A stretch of DNA of 64,000 bases from Squalus acanthias (taxonomy: Eukaryota), in the NCBI GenBank assembly GCA_030390025.1, contig CM059431.1:96660001-96724000 (forward strand), written 5' to 3'. Below are positions 1-13,322 of the stretch, piece by piece; the first letter of the stretch is position 1, and every line of letters starts with the position of its first letter. Below the pieces are notes generated by a model. It was not told where the DNA came from and did not search any database. It saw nothing but the letters and a program-made list of their open reading frames with translations. Position numbers and translations under genes: made by a program.

Positions 1-638
1 CAAGAAGGCATACGGAATACTTGCCTTTATTAGCCGAGGCATAGAATATAAGAGCAGGAAGGTTATATAAAACAGTGGTTAGGCCACAGCTAGAATACTA
101 TGTGCTGCTCTGGTCACCACATTACAGGAAAGATATGATTGCCCGAGAGAGGGTACAGAGGAGATTTATGAGGATGTTGCCAGGACTGAAGAATTTTAGT
201 TATGAGGAAAGATTGGATAGGCTGGGGTTGTTTTATTTGGAACTGAGGAGACTGAGGGGAGATTTAATTGATGTGTATAAAATTATGAAGGGCCTAGATC
301 GAGTGGATAGGAAAGACCTATCTCCCTTAGCAGAGGGGTCGATAACCAGGGGGCATAGATTTAAAGTAATTGGTAGAAGGATTAGAGGGGAGTTGAAGAG
401 AACCTTTTTCACCCAGAGGGTGGTGGGGGTCTGGAATTTACTGCCTGAAAGGGTGGTAGAGGCAGAAACCTCGTTGCATTTAAAAAGTATTTGGATATGC
501 ACTTGAAGTGCTGTAACCTACAGGGCTACGGACCAAGAGCTGGAAAGTGGGATTAGGCTGGATAGCTCTTTTTCGACCGGCACAGACACGATGGGCCGAA
601 TGGCCTCCTTCTGTGCCATAAATTTCTATGATTCTACT
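1..638 (+). mobile_element. CR1 LINE 3' fragment (ORF2 C-terminus + 3' UTR)
   Basis: ORF 75-506 VRPQLEY..WSPHY..ERVQRRF..RGDLIDVYKI..TRGHRFK; ends in a TTCTATGATTCTA tail. Confidence 0.93.
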
Positions 639-710
639 CTTCTCATTCGATCTTATATTATAAAGACCCCTAAGATAGGTTCAAAGTAAGTGACCTGTGC
701 AAAAGGCAAG

Positions 711-950
711 ATGGAGAGAGAGGGAGAGAAAGAGAGTGAGACAAATCAAGTCACAGATAGAGAGACAGAAAGAGATAGAGAGACAGAAAGAGACACAGAC
801 AGGCATGCAGATAGAGAGATAAAAAGAGACGGAGAGAGAGAGAGACAATTGGAAAGAAAGAGAGAGGCAGAAAGAGACAGAGTGAGAGAGACAGAGAGCA
901 AAAGGGAGACAGATACAGAGAGAATTGCCCAGAGACAGATAGACAAAAGG
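711..950. repeat. Degenerate (GA)n/(GACA)n microsatellite
   Basis: Purine-rich GAGA/GACA runs. Confidence 0.9.
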
Positions 951-999
951 ACAATGAAAGTAAATTCACTAAGAGAAAGCCTCCTGCAGCTGGAGAACA

Positions 1000-1689
1000 A
1001 GCGATTAGGAAGCTGCTGCTTTCAGTTAACCTTCAGGTGACAGGAAATGTTACAATAACTTTGGAAAGGTTTAAACAGCGTTTTTAAAAATTGTTTGTGT
1101 CACTGCTAGGAGAGCAGAACAAGTTGAGGACATAACAACATATTCCTGTTAGGGCTCAATGCTCCAGGTGTTTATAAATGACCTACAAAAGGCATAAAAA
1201 TGTGAGAAACCATGACCCCAAGTCTGCAACTGAATTAAGAACTCACTGCAAGACGTGTGACTTTAGAGAATCAATAGACTCACTGATGAAAGACGGAATA
1301 ACCTGTCAACTGCCAGATAAATCTCTCAGCGATAGGTTGCTGTGTGAGCAAAATCTGACATTAAATACAGTAGCACAAATTTATACGTAGCTGAAACAAT
1401 GAAGGCACAAATCAAGGAGCTGAACTGTGTGGAAAATGGAACCAGTGAAGCATTTGCTAATAACAAAATCATATGAGAAACCTGAAAAGTCATCCATCAA
1501 AACGAAAAGATGAAATGGTGCAGATTGGCTCAGAAATTGCCCAGGTGATGCTGGCAAGGTCCTATGTATTGTCCATCCCTAATTTCAGGTGTAAAACGTG
1601 GGACTATGCAAGACTTTCCAAATCACAGGACAGGAAGAATCAGGTACACAAGGTGTCTTATTCAAATAAGAGATTGATTTGTACCATTA
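1000..1689 (+). mobile_element. Old Gypsy LTR retrotransposon relic, gag part
   Basis: Degenerate gag-like peptide ATELRTHCKTCDFRESIDSLMKDGITCQLPDKSLSDRLLCEQNLTL (1178-1390); sequence resumes after the CR1 at about 4603. Confidence 0.65.
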
Positions 1690-4602
1690 ATAAATAGGGT
1701 CCGGGTAAAAAAAAATGGTAACAAGACAAATAGGGCCATAGTACAAAAAAATGTTAAGATGTCTAAAAATGTTAAAAACACAAATCTAAAGGCACTGTAT
1801 CTGAATGCATGAAGCATTCGTAATACGGTAGATAAATTAACAGCACAAATAGATATAAACGGATACGATATAATTGCGATTACAGAGACATGGCTGCAGG
1901 GTGACCAAGGCTGGGAGCTGAATATCCAAGGATATTCGATATTTAGGAAGGACAGGCGAAAAGGAAAAGGAGGTGGGGTGGCCTTGTTAGTAAAGGATGA
2001 AATCAGAGCAATAGTGAGAAAGGATATTGGCTCAGAAAATCAAGATGTAGAATCAGTCTGGGTGGAGCTAAGAAGCACCAAGGGGCAGAAAACATTGGTG
2101 GGAGTTGTCTATAGGCCTCCAAACAGTAGTGGTAATGTAAGGGATGGCATCAAACAGGAGATTAGAGATGCATGTAACAAGGGTACTACAGTAATCATGG
2201 GTGACTTTAATCTACATATAGACTGGCCAAACCAAATTAGCAATAATACTGTGGAGGATGAATTCCTGGAGTGTGTACGAGATGGTTTTTTTAGAGCAGT
2301 ACGTTGAGGAGCCAACTCGGGAACAGGCTATCCTAGATTGGGTATTGTGCAAGGAGAAGGGGTTAATTAATAATCTTGTTGTGCGGGGTCCTCTAGGGAA
2401 GAGTGGCCATAACATGATAGAATTCTTCATTAAAATGGAAAGTGAAGAAGTCCAATCTGAAACTAGGGTCCTAAATCTAAACAAAGGAAACTACAATGGT
2501 ATGAGGAGTGAGTTGGCTATGACAGATTGGGGAGCTTCATTAAAAGGCATGACAGTGGATAGGCAATGGCTAACATTTCAGGAACGAATGCATGAATTGC
2601 AACAGTTATACATTCCTTTCTGGTGCAAAAACACAAAAGGAAAAGCGGCCCAACCATGGCTAACAAAAGAAATTAAGGATCATATTAGATCCAAAGAGGA
2701 GTCATATAAAGTTGCCAGAAAAAGTAGCAAACCTGAGGATTGGGAGCAGTTTAGAGTTCAGCAAAAAAGGACCAAGAGATTGATTAAGAGGGGAAAAATA
2801 GAGTATGAGAGTAAACTTGCAAGGAACATAAAAGCGGATTGTAAAAGCTTCTACAAGTATGTAAAAAGAAAAAGATTAGCGAAGACAAATGTAGGTCACT
2901 TACAGTCAGAAACAGGAGAATTTATAATGGGGAAGAAGGAAATGGCAGAGCAATTAAACAAATACTTTGGTTCTGTCTTCACGGAAGAGGACACAAATAA
3001 CTTCCCAGAAATGCTAGGGAACCAAGGGTCTAGTGAGAATGAGGAATTAAAGGAAATTAGTATTAGTAAAAAAATAGTGCTGGAGAAATTAATGGGACTG
3101 AAAGCTGATAAATACCCAAGGCCTGATAATCTGCATCCCAGAGTACTAAAAGAGGTAGCCATGGAAATAGTGGATGCATTGGTTGTCATCTTCCAAAATT
3201 CTATAGATTATGGAACAGTTCCTGCAGATTGGAGGGTGGCAAATGTAACCAACTATTTAAAAAAGGGAGAGAGAAAACAGGGAACTACAGACCGGTTAGC
3301 CTAACATCAGTAGTAGAGAAAATGCTAGAGTCTATTATAAAGGATGTGATAACAGCACACTTGGAAAATATCAACGGGATTAGACCAAGTCAACATAGAT
3401 TTATGAAAGGAAAATCGTGTTTGACAAACCTACTGGAGTTTTTTGAGGATGTAACTGGTAGAATAGATGAGGGAAAACCAGTAGATGTTGTGTATTTGGA
3501 TTTTCTGGCATGGATTGAAAATTGGTTAACAGACAGGAAACAGGGAGCAGAATAAATGGGTCTTTTTCGGGGTGGCAGGCGGTGACTAGTGGGGTACCGC
3601 AGGGATCAGTGCTTGGGCCCCAGCTATTCACAATATATATCAATGATTTGGATGAGGGAACCAAATGTAATATTTCCAAGTTTGCTGACGACATGAAACT
3701 AGGTGGGATTGTGAGTTGTGAGGAGGATGCAAAGAGGCTTCAAGGCGATTTAGACAAGTTGAGTGAGTGAGCAAATACATGGCAGATGCAGTATAATGTG
3801 GATAAATGTGAAGTTATCCACTTCGGTAGGAAAAACAGAAAGGTAGCGTATTATTTAAATGGTGCTAGATTGGGAAATGCTGATGTACAAAGGGACCTGG
3901 TGTCCTTGTACACCAGTCACTGAAAGCAAACATGCAGGTGCAGCAAGCAGTTAGGAAGGCAAATGGTATGTTGGCCTTCATTGCAAGAGGATTTGAGTAC
4001 AGGAGCAAGGATGTCTTACTACAGTTGTACAGGGCCTTGGTGAGACCACACCTGGAGTACTATGTGCAGTTTTGGTCTCCTTACCTAAAAAAGGATATAC
4101 TTGCCATAGAGGGAGTGCAGCGAAGGTTCACCAGACTGATTCCTGGGATGGCAGGACTGTCGTATGAGGAGAGATTGGGTCGACTAGGCCTGTATTCACT
4201 AGAGTTTAGAAGAATGAGAGGGGATCTCATTGAAACGTATAAAATTCTGACAGGGCTAGACAGACTGGATACAGGGAGGATGTTTCCCCTGGCTGGGGGG
4301 GTCTAGAACGAGGGGTCACGGTCTCAGGATACAGGGTAGGACATTTAGGACTGAGATGAGGAGAAATTTCTTCACTCAGAGGGTGGTGAACCTGTGGAAT
4401 TCTCTACCATAGAAGGCTGTGGAGGACAAGTCACTGAATATATTTAAGAAGGAGATAGATAAATTTCTAGACACAAAAGACATCAAGGGGTATGGGGAGA
4501 GAGCGGGAATATGGTACGGAGATCGATGATCAGCCATGATCATATTGAATGGCGGAGCAGGCTCGAAGGGCCTACTCCTGCTCCTATTTTTCCATGTTTC
4601 TA
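1690..4602 (+). mobile_element. CR1 LINE, 5'-truncated, disrupted ORF2 (APE endonuclease + RT)
   Basis: ITETW, VVYRPP, MGDFN, QGSVLGP, FADD motifs over frameshifted ORFs 1978-4306; CR1 3' UTR; 75-bp internal deletion near 3505 relative to the sister copy (31390-31464). Confidence 0.95.
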
Positions 4603-4930
4603 TTATTAGTGAATGAAACAGAAAAGTCACACAATTTAAACCGGGTTTAGGGGTACAAACAAATATCCTATCTGAGCAAGATTACAACAGATCACAGGGA
4701 TGTGAATCATGGAGTGATACTCGGGGACAGACACATCATTGATGCAGGCTTCACCTATAAGAATGGCAAACACCAAGCATCATTCATACTGGTGCCAAAA
4801 GATAGAGTGCAATTTTAGGTCAGATTATGAAAAGCTTGACTTGGTAAAGAGGGCACTGATTGTGAAAACTCAGTGAACCAGCTATGGAACCCTGGCCCTG
4901 GTATACAAGGATCTATTTCAAGGAATAGTT
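4603..4930 (+). mobile_element. Old Gypsy relic, protease region
   Basis: Decayed LVNE..KVTQFKPGLGVQTNI (cf. FKLDTGAQ.N); ends LFQGIV and continues CLPG at 5602 after the Penelope insert. Confidence 0.55.
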
Positions 4931-5593
4931 AATAATAAAAACAGAAAATGCTGGAAATACTCAGCAGGTCAGGCAGCATCTGTGGAGAGAGAAACAGAGT
5001 TAATGTTTCAGGTCGATGACCCTTCGTCAGAACTGGAAAAAGTTGGAGATGGAACAGATTTTTAAGCAAGTATAGGGGCAGGGAAAGGGGGGAGGGGAGG
5101 AAAGAACAAAAGGGAAGGTCTGTGATAGGATGGAAGGCAGGAGAGATTAAGAGACAAAAGGGATAATGGTGCAAGGCAAAAGGAGAAGGTAATGGGACAA
5201 GTTAAGAAACAAAAGATGACTCTAGATGAAGTGTAAATGGCAATGGCAGAATGATCGACAGCTGCCATGTAAGAGAGAGAGAAAAAAAATGAAATAAAAG
5301 ATAGGAGCAGAGGTTATAGTCTGAAATTGTTGAACTCGATGTTAAGTCCAGAAGGCTGTAAAGTGCCTAATCAAAAGATGAGGTGCTGTTCCTCGAGCTT
5401 ACGTTGAGCTTCACTGGAACAGTGCAAGAGGCTGAGGACAGAGAGGTCAGAGTGGGAGTGGAGCGGAGAATTAAAGTGACAGGCGACCGGAAGCTCGGGG
5501 TCACCCTTACGGATTGAACGGAGGTGTTCCGCAAAGCGGTCACCCAATCTGTGTTTGGTCTCCCCAATGTAGAGGAGACCGCATCGTTTGATC
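4931..5593 (-). mobile_element. Penelope-like element (family A), 3' fragment with GIY-YIG C-terminus
   Basis: CGLLYIGETKHRLGDRFAEHL..VACHFN..LEEQHLIF; 8-bp TSD GAATAGTT at 4923-4930 and 5594-5601; hammerhead in the tail. Confidence 0.9.
4998..5034 (-). ncRNA. Minimal type I hammerhead ribozyme motif (PLE family A)
   Basis: Minus strand AGTT-CTGACGA-AG-GGTCatcGACC-T-GAAA-CATT-AACT; stem III palindrome altered from AACGTT to AACATT. Confidence 0.75.
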
Positions 5594-6084
5594 GAATAGT
5601 TTGTTTGCCAGGAGACATCAGATCGGGCTTGATAAACCGGATACTCCAATAATGTTTCCAGGAAAATTAAAAATGTAGCTTGGTAGAAAGAAGGAATTAG
5701 AGGTTACCAAGAAAGTAGCTGCCCATTCCAAATCACTGAAAAACAAAGGGTCAAACCTTCAAATCTACCAAGCTGAAATTTAGACTAAAGATTCCCACAT
5801 CCCAGGGCTATCAGAAGGTCACCAGGAGAGACTGATGGCAACTCAGCTGGGGCCTGAACGAGACTTCTCAAGACCATGGACAACAAGTAGACCGAGTTAT
5901 CTATTATGGGGCTTGCAAGCAGAGTAATGACTTAGGAAGAGCTTTGGACGGCAACTGGGGTCATGGTCGCCATCTCCTGTCATGACTGAAGGAGTAGCAC
6001 CTAATGTGGTGGTGTCCTCCATCAGGCTAAGGGACATCCTGCAGTCATAGTTTCTGGCATGACAGAATTAACCTTCTGGATTTG

Positions 6085-6440
6085 TTTTATTCATTCTCGG
6101 GATATGGACGACACTGGTGAGGCTGCATTTATTGCCCATCCCTAATTTCCCTAAGTAACTGAGTGGCTTGCTCAGGCACATCAAGGGACATTAAGGGTCA
6201 ACCACAGAGTGTGGGACTGGAGTCACGTGTAGGCCAGGTAAGGACAGCAGGTTCCCTTCCCTGAAGGATGGTAGTGAACTAGTTGTGTTTTTACAACAGT
6301 CAGGCAGTTTTCACGGTCATTTTATCTGGTGCTAGCCCACAAATTACCAGATTTATTGAATTCAATTTCACAACTAGCTAGAGTTTAAATTCTGAATCTG
6401 TGGTTGCCAGTTCAGTGCTGTAACAAGGCTACCAGACCAT
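6085..6440 (-). mobile_element. Old SINE-like derivative of the tRNA-headed LINE
   Basis: Diverged match to 40014-40400; tail TTTATTGCCCATCCCTAATT and body GAAGG..AGTGAAC. Confidence 0.75.
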
Positions 6441-7439
6441 GATTGATTCATTACTAATAGCGCTGTCCCTTCAGTGGGATTAGTAAAAATGAAGGTCTAT
6501 ATAAAGGTCTTCTTCAAGGTTGTAGAAAGTTTTAAGAAGGTTGTTAGAAGGTTTCTGGAGAGGACAAATGGCTAAATGATAGTGTAAAGCAACATGTGAA
6601 GCAATTTTCCACAAAGCAGAGAGAGAGTGAAGTGTTAAGCATTAAAGTTGGCAAGTATTAAGGGTTTAAATCAAACAGAAGTAAAACTTGTAAAAATGTA
6701 TCACGGTTATCAGTTAAGAGCCCGAGTCTGAGCCGGAACAGTAAAGTAACACCAAGAGATTACATCAGGCAAGGCCACTAGAGCGAGAAGGAGAAAACAA
6801 TAGAAAAAAAAGGAAGCAATGACCAAGGAGAATGATGAGCCAGAGGAGAAGTCGAGGATCCCAGAGGAAGGCAAAACTGCCTAAGACAGCAGCCAACCTA
6901 GTAAAGAAGAGGTTGTATGTGTTCTGTTCACACATCAGAGAAATCACCGAACACTAGAATCTTGTCCGTGGCATGTTGAATTTAAACTGTAAACTTAACT
7001 GCTGTCCTGTAACCATGTACATTGCCATAGGTCTGTAATACTGATATTGATGCACCTAAGTTATGTCTGTGCCTATGATAATTAATAATATGTAAATTAA
7101 TAATTGATGACAAAATAGTATTGTTATCCTCAGTCTTTAACTTTGTGACAATATTAGTTGTGTTGAGTCTATGAGGAGTGTTGTATTGCGTTCTGGTTAT
7201 GGCAGGGTTGGTCTGCGTATGGATTAACATAATTTGGCCTGGGTTGTGTGGGATGGTCCAAAGGAGAGCTAATTTAGGCATCTTCTAAACCTTGGATGTA
7301 AATAGTAGATTCCAATCCAATTTTAATTTGTGTATGTTAGAAAAGGGAAAAGATATGTCTGACACTGTAGGACTAATATTGATTACCTATTGATACCTTG
7401 GATACAATATTTGTTACATATTTTACGGAAGTAAGCTTC

Positions 7440-7720
7440 CATCGATCTTACAAACTAAAGGAGCCATCAGAATATTGATTGACAAAAAGATTAAATCGCA
7501 AATTGCTTACTCTCTGGAACTTAAGGCTATAAAAAGGGAACCTCACAGAATTCATGAAATTACAGCAGTTTGATCACCAAACTATTTTAGCATGTTTGAC
7601 GTCTCCTCAGATTTCTGGTCATTGAAACTAGATGAAGCAAGTTGCAAATTATTCAGATTCCATACTTTTTGTGGGCGGTACAAATTCTTACGAGCTTCTC
7701 TTTGCCATTATTTCAGCTCA
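7440..7720 (+). mobile_element. Old Gypsy relic, RT region
   Basis: Translates (with frameshifts) LKAIKREPH...YFSMFDVSSDFWSLKLDEASCKLFRFHTF.GRYKFLR, matching Gypsy RT motifs. Confidence 0.75.
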
Positions 7721-7881
7721 AACCAGAGATTGTAGAGTTAAAAGTTGAAGTGCTAGAACAAGATGATGACCAAAGAAAAATAACAACGACCACAGACAAT
7801 GACTTGCCACAAGTTTCCCCAGAGGAAGAGTCAAGTATCCCCGAGACATCAGCACACGGACATCGTCAACACACCAGTGGA

Positions 7882-8172
7882 TAACGGGGGTGCCGAAAAC
7901 CAATGACAGAGCCCGATCATCCCCTCCCCATCTCCCTTCCTCTCCCAATCACACCCAGTCATCCATCTATTCCCTCCCCCCCCCCCCACAGATTGCCCCC
8001 TCCCTCTCCCAATCTCCCGCCCTCCTTGGGTGGCCCAGCAGGTGTCTGGGGCTCGCTGGCTGTATGTGAACGAGGCTCGAGGCCCAATATGGGGTGGGCC
8101 TTGGAACTACCTGTTCCGGTGCACGGATTGTACCTAGTTCCTACTGCCAAGCCTATATGTTTATAGAATGAA
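7882..8172 (+). mobile_element. Unclassified short insertion, possibly a retroposon 3' end
   Basis: GC-rich block ending GAATGAA, flanked by TGGA at 7878-7881 and 8173-8176. Confidence 0.4.
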
Positions 8173-8413
8173 TGGAAAAACAAGAACTTTACCTTTGAAG
8201 ACACAATCCTGTTATCGGGATATTTTTGCAGAATGTAAGCGTCTGTGCCAGGAGGGGGTTCACGATGTCCAATGTAAACGGTCCGACTGTCCACCCAGTT
8301 CTCTTCTCCAACACACTAAACAGAAAGACAGACAATTATTGTCTAACACCACACACACATCATTTTCTGACTACATTAGGAATTGCTGGAAACAAATTAC
8401 TCAACTGGGAGTC

Positions 8414-8647
8414 TTTTAAAGTTACAAAGTATTAATTGGACAGAGTTTTAAAGTTACAAAGTATTGATTGGACAGAGTTTTAAAGTTACAAAGTATTGAT
8501 TGGAGAGAGTTTTAAAGTTACAAAGTATTAATTGGACAGAGTTTTAAAGTTACAAAGTATTGATTGGACAGAGTTTTAAAGTTACAAAGTATTGATTGGA
8601 CAGAGTTTTAAAGTTACAAAGTATTGATTGGAGAGAGTTTTAAAGTT
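8414..8647. repeat. 32-bp minisatellite, about 7.3 copies
   Basis: Unit TTTTAAAGTTACAAAGTATTGATTGGACAGAG starting at 8414, 8446, 8478 ... 8638. Confidence 0.97.
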
Positions 8648-8785
8648 AGCTACTTCAAAAGCAATTTAAAGCTTTCATGCTTATCAATCACATGACACTT
8701 CATTCTGAAATCTGAAGAGATTTTATAGATCAGATATACCACAAAAAGCAGATTTAGCTTTACACTGGTGGGAAATGTATTACAA

Positions 8786-10780
8786 AGAACATAAGAATTA
8801 GGAGCAGGAGTAGGCCATACAGCCCTTCGAGCCTGCTCCGCCATTCAGTAAGATCATGGCTGATCTTCGACCTCAACTCTACTTTCCTGCCCGATACACA
8901 TATCCCTCGATTCCCTTAGTGTCCAAAAATCTATCGATTTCAGCCTTGAATATACTGAACGACTGAGCATCCACAGCCCTCTGGGGCAGAGAATTCCAAA
9001 GATTCACAACCCTGAGTGAAGAAATTTCTCCTCATTTCAGTCTTATATGGCCGACCCATTATCCTGAGACTATGCCCCCTAGTTCTAGACACTCCAGCCA
9101 GGGGGAAACAACCTCTCAGCATTTACCCTGTCAATCCCCCACAGAATCTTATATGTTTCAATGAGATCACCTCTCATTCTTCTAAACTCCAGAGAGTATA
9201 GACCCAATCTACTCAACCTCTCCTCATAGGACAACCCTCTCATCCCAGGAATCAATCTAGTGAACCTTCGTTGCATCACCTCTAAGGCAAGTATATCCTT
9301 CCTCAGATAAGGAGATCAAAACTGTGCACAGTTCCCCAGGTGTGGTCTCACCAAAGCCCTATACAATTGTAGCAAGACTTCCTTACTCTTGTAATCCAAC
9401 CCCCTTGCAATAAAGGCCAACATGCCATTTGCCTTCCTAATTGCTTGCTGTACCTGCATGCAAACTCTCTGTGATTTGTGTACGAGGACACCTAAATCTC
9501 TCTAAACATCAACGTTTAATAGTTTTGCACCATTTAAAAAATATTCTGTTTTTCATATTCTTCCTACCAAAGTGAATAACCTCACATTTCCCCACATTAT
9601 ACTCCATCTGCCACCTTATTGCTCACTCACTCAACCTGTCTATATCCCTTTGCAGGTTCTTTGTGTTTTCCTCACAGCTTACTGTCCCACCTAGCTTTGT
9701 ATCATCAGCAAAACTTGGATACATTACACTCGGTCCCTTCAGCTAAGTCATCAATATAGATCGTAAATAGCTGAGGCCCAAGCACTGAGCCTTGTGGCAC
9801 CCCACTAGTTACAGCCTGCCAACCTGAAAATTACCCGTTTATTCCTACTCTCTGTTTTCTGTCCATTAACAAATCCTCAATCCATGCTAATATGTTACCC
9901 CAACCCCATGAGTCCTTATCTTGCACAACAACCTTTATGTGGCACCTTATCGAATGCCTTTTGGAAATCCAAATATACTCCATCCACTGGTTCCCCTTTA
10001 TCTACCTTGCTAGTTACATCCTCAAAGAACTCGAATAAATTTGTTAAACACAATTTCCCTTTCATAAAACCATGTTGACTCTGCTTAATCATATTATGAT
10101 TTTCTAAGTGCCCTGTTACCACTTTCTTAATAATGGATTCCAGCATTTTCCCCAATGACTGATGTTAGGCTAACTGGCCCATAATTCCCTGTTTTCTCCC
10201 TCCCTCCTTTCTTGAATAGTGGGGTTACATTTGCAACCTTCCAAACCACTGGGACTGTTCCAGAATCTAGGGACTTTTGGAAGATCACAACCAATGCATC
10301 CACTATTTCTGCAGCCACCTCTTTTAGAACCCTAGGATATAGGCCATCAGGTCGAGGGGATTTGTCAGCTTTTAGTCCCATTAGTTTCTCAAGTATTTTT
10401 TCTCCACTGATATTAATTACTTTAAGTTCCTCACTCTCATTAGCCCCTTGGTTCCCCACCATTTTTGGTATGCTTTTTGTGTCTTCTACTGTGAAGACAG
10501 ATACAAAATATTTGTTTAAATTTCTGCCATTTCCTTATTCCCCGCTATAATTTCACCTGTCTCAGCCTCTAAGGGACCAATGCTTAATTTTTCTACTCTC
10601 TTCCTTTTTCCATACTTGTAGAAGCTCTTACAATATGTTTTTATATTTCTTGCTAGTTTACTCTCATATTCTATTTTCTCCCTTTTTATCAATGTCTTAG
10701 TCATCCTTTGCTGGTTTCTAATACTCTCCCAATCCTCAGGCTTACTACTATTCTTCACAACATTATAAGCCTCTTCAACT
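8786..10780 (-). mobile_element. CR1 LINE, 5'-truncated
   Basis: Minus ORFs 8940-10758 with RT motifs ([19 protein letters not shown]); CR1 tail at 8786. Confidence 0.95.
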
Positions 10781-10976
10781 CAATTATAACTCAAATGCAA
10801 AGCTGCACAGATTCATTTTAGGGAGGAATTTACAAATGCAAGGTGCTGCAACTGCACCCTGTTGCAAAGCAAACTGCCTGGGGACTTTAAAAGGTTTAAA
10901 TGTTACTGTTACAACTTTCAGGTCTACAATAGATATTCTCTTGCGTTCAGTGTCTGTGATTACTCCTGTAGGCAGA

Positions 10977-12292
10977 CATGAGAACATAAGAAATAGGAGC
11001 AGGAGTAGGCCATTCGGCCCCTCGAGCCTGCTCCGCCATTCAATAAGATCATGGCTGATCTGACCTTGGCCTCAACTCCACTTCCCTGCCCGCTCCCCAT
11101 AACCCTTGACTTCCCTATAGTTCAAAAATCTGTCTATCTCCACCTAAAATATATTCAATGACCCAGCCTCCACAGCTCTCTGGGGCAGAGAATTCCAAAG
11201 ATTCACGACCCTCAGAGAAGAAATTCCTCCTCATTCCAGCTTTAAATGGGCGACCCCTTATCCTGAAATTATGCCCCCTAGTTCCAGATACCCCCACGAG
11301 GGGAAACATCCTCTCTGCATCTACCCTGTCAAGCCCCCGCAGAATCTTATATGTTTCAATAAGATCACCTCTCATTCTTCTAAACTCCAATGAGTATAGG
11401 CCCAACCTGCTCAACCTTTCTTCCTAAGACAACCCTCTCATCTCAGGAATCAACCTAGTGAACCTTCTCTGAACTGTCTCCAATGCAAGTATATCCCTCC
11501 TTAAATAAGGAGACCAAAACTGTACACAGTACTCCAGGCGTGGTCTCACCAGCGCCCTGTACAGTTGTAGCAAGACTTCCCTACTTTTATACTCCATTCC
11601 CTTTGCAATAAAGGCCAACATTCTATTTGCCTTCCTAATTACTTGCTGTACCTGCATTCTAACTTTTTGAGTTTCATGTACGAGGACACCCAGATCCCTC
11701 TGTACCACAGCATTTTGTAGTCTCTCCATTTAAATAATAATTTGCTTTTTTATTCTTCCTACCAAAGTAGATAACCTCACATTTTCCCACATTATACTCC
11801 ATCTGCCAGATTTTTGCCCACTCACTTAACCTATCTGTATCCCTTTGCAGATTCTTTGTGTCCTCCTCACAACACTTTCCCACCTATCTTTGTATCGTCA
11901 GCAAATTTGGCTACAGTACACTCGGTCCCTTCATCCAAGTCATTAATATAGATTGTAAATAGTTGAGGCCCCAGCACTGATCCCTGTGGCACCCCACTAG
12001 TTACAGTTTGCCAACCTGAAAATGACCCATTGATCCCGACTCTCTGTTTTCTGTTAGTTAGCCAATCCTCTATCCATGCTATTATATTACCCCCAACCCT
12101 GTGAGCTCTTATCTTGTGCAGTAACCTTTTATGTGGCATCTTATCGAATGCCTTCTGGAAATCCAAATACACTACATCTACTGGTTCCCCTTTATCCACC
12201 CTGCTCGTTACATCCTCAAAGAACTCTAGTAAATTTGTCAAACACGATTTCCCTTTCATAAAACCATGTTGACTCTGCTTGATTGTATTATG
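10977..12292 (-). mobile_element. CR1 LINE, 5'-truncated
   Basis: Minus ORFs 11115-12259 (QGSVLGP, FADDTK); tail AGAACATAAGAA. Confidence 0.95.
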
Positions 12293-12857
12293 TTCTTATG
12301 CTCCAGCCCCAAAACACATTGGCCCCAAAATTCCTGGGCCACTGGCCAAGGAATAAAACAGGAGACAGATGCTGGCTCTGCCAGGGTTTACCGCATTTGG
12401 ACCAGAACTCTAAATTATGGTCTGGATAGATCATTTGTCCAAACCCCTACATCAAGGGGCATGTTGGGGAGTCCTAACCTTGCACTAGAGGAAGGTAATG
12501 GATCCCAGAGAGGACCCATCACCTCCCCAAGTCAGGGTACCTCCAGTGGGAACTGAAGAGTTTCGGCCCATTTAAGCCTCCAGTGGACTCCACTCCATCA
12601 AAAAGCAGATTAGCTCGAGCTGCATCTTTACTGGCACCAGCAGCAGCCGCAGGACGGGGGCCTCGACTTGGTGCAAGGGTGGGCATGGGATCCATTCTGC
12701 CGCACTTACACGTCAGAAATAGCACCTTGAATAAAAAGCCTCCGCCTCCTGGAGCAGGTGCCATGTCGGTCTTACTTTACTCAGTATATGAAGCCAATCC
12801 ACATTATTGGGGCGACGCTCTCTGGAACATGTTAATCGTCCCCACCCCCTCCATTGT

Positions 12858-13322
12858 CTCAAGCGGGATCTTGGGTTTATGTCACGATACATGACGTGAT
12901 CCAGACTCGAGTCGTCGTTGGCTTGTTAACAGATGTGATTCCCAGTAAAAAAGTAAAAATTTTTAAAGTTTATCGTTTCCCATACTGCGGCTTTTGACAC
13001 ATTGGACCCCCTGTGGCTCCACCTCATTGTCTCAGTTGTATCTTGCTATGTCTTTGATGTGACCTGATTGCCTTTTGTCACACCTCGGCAGATAAACAGT
13101 CAGGGTGATTTAAATGTAGTCGTCTGCTTTTGTAAGTAACACATGCATTGTTCTCTATCTATATATGCTTTGGCGATTCTGTATCTCTTTACTTCACCTG
13201 AGGAAGGGGCGATCGATAGCTCCGAAAGCTTGTGATTTCAAATAAAACTGTTGGACTATAACCTGGTGTTGTGCGACTTCTCATTTTTGTCCACCCCAGT
13301 CCAACACCGGCATCTCCGCATC
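12858..13322 (+). mobile_element. Penelope-like element (family B), 3' terminal fragment, older copy
   Basis: Colinear with about 36771-37251 (RDLGFMSRYMT stop, 3' UTR, hammerhead, tail), with substitutions and indels. Confidence 0.92.
13194..13235 (+). ncRNA. Minimal hammerhead ribozyme motif (PLE family B)
   Basis: TCAC-CTGAGGA-A-GGGGC..GCTCC-GAAA-GCTT-GTGA. Confidence 0.8.

Noticed and set aside
8414..8647. 32-bp repeats as a CRISPR array
   Set aside because: Head-to-tail with no unique spacers, no cas genes, eukaryotic context
12266..12894. ORFs of 81-103 aa in GC-richer sequence
   Set aside because: No recognisable motifs or splice context; probably an unclassified old repeat
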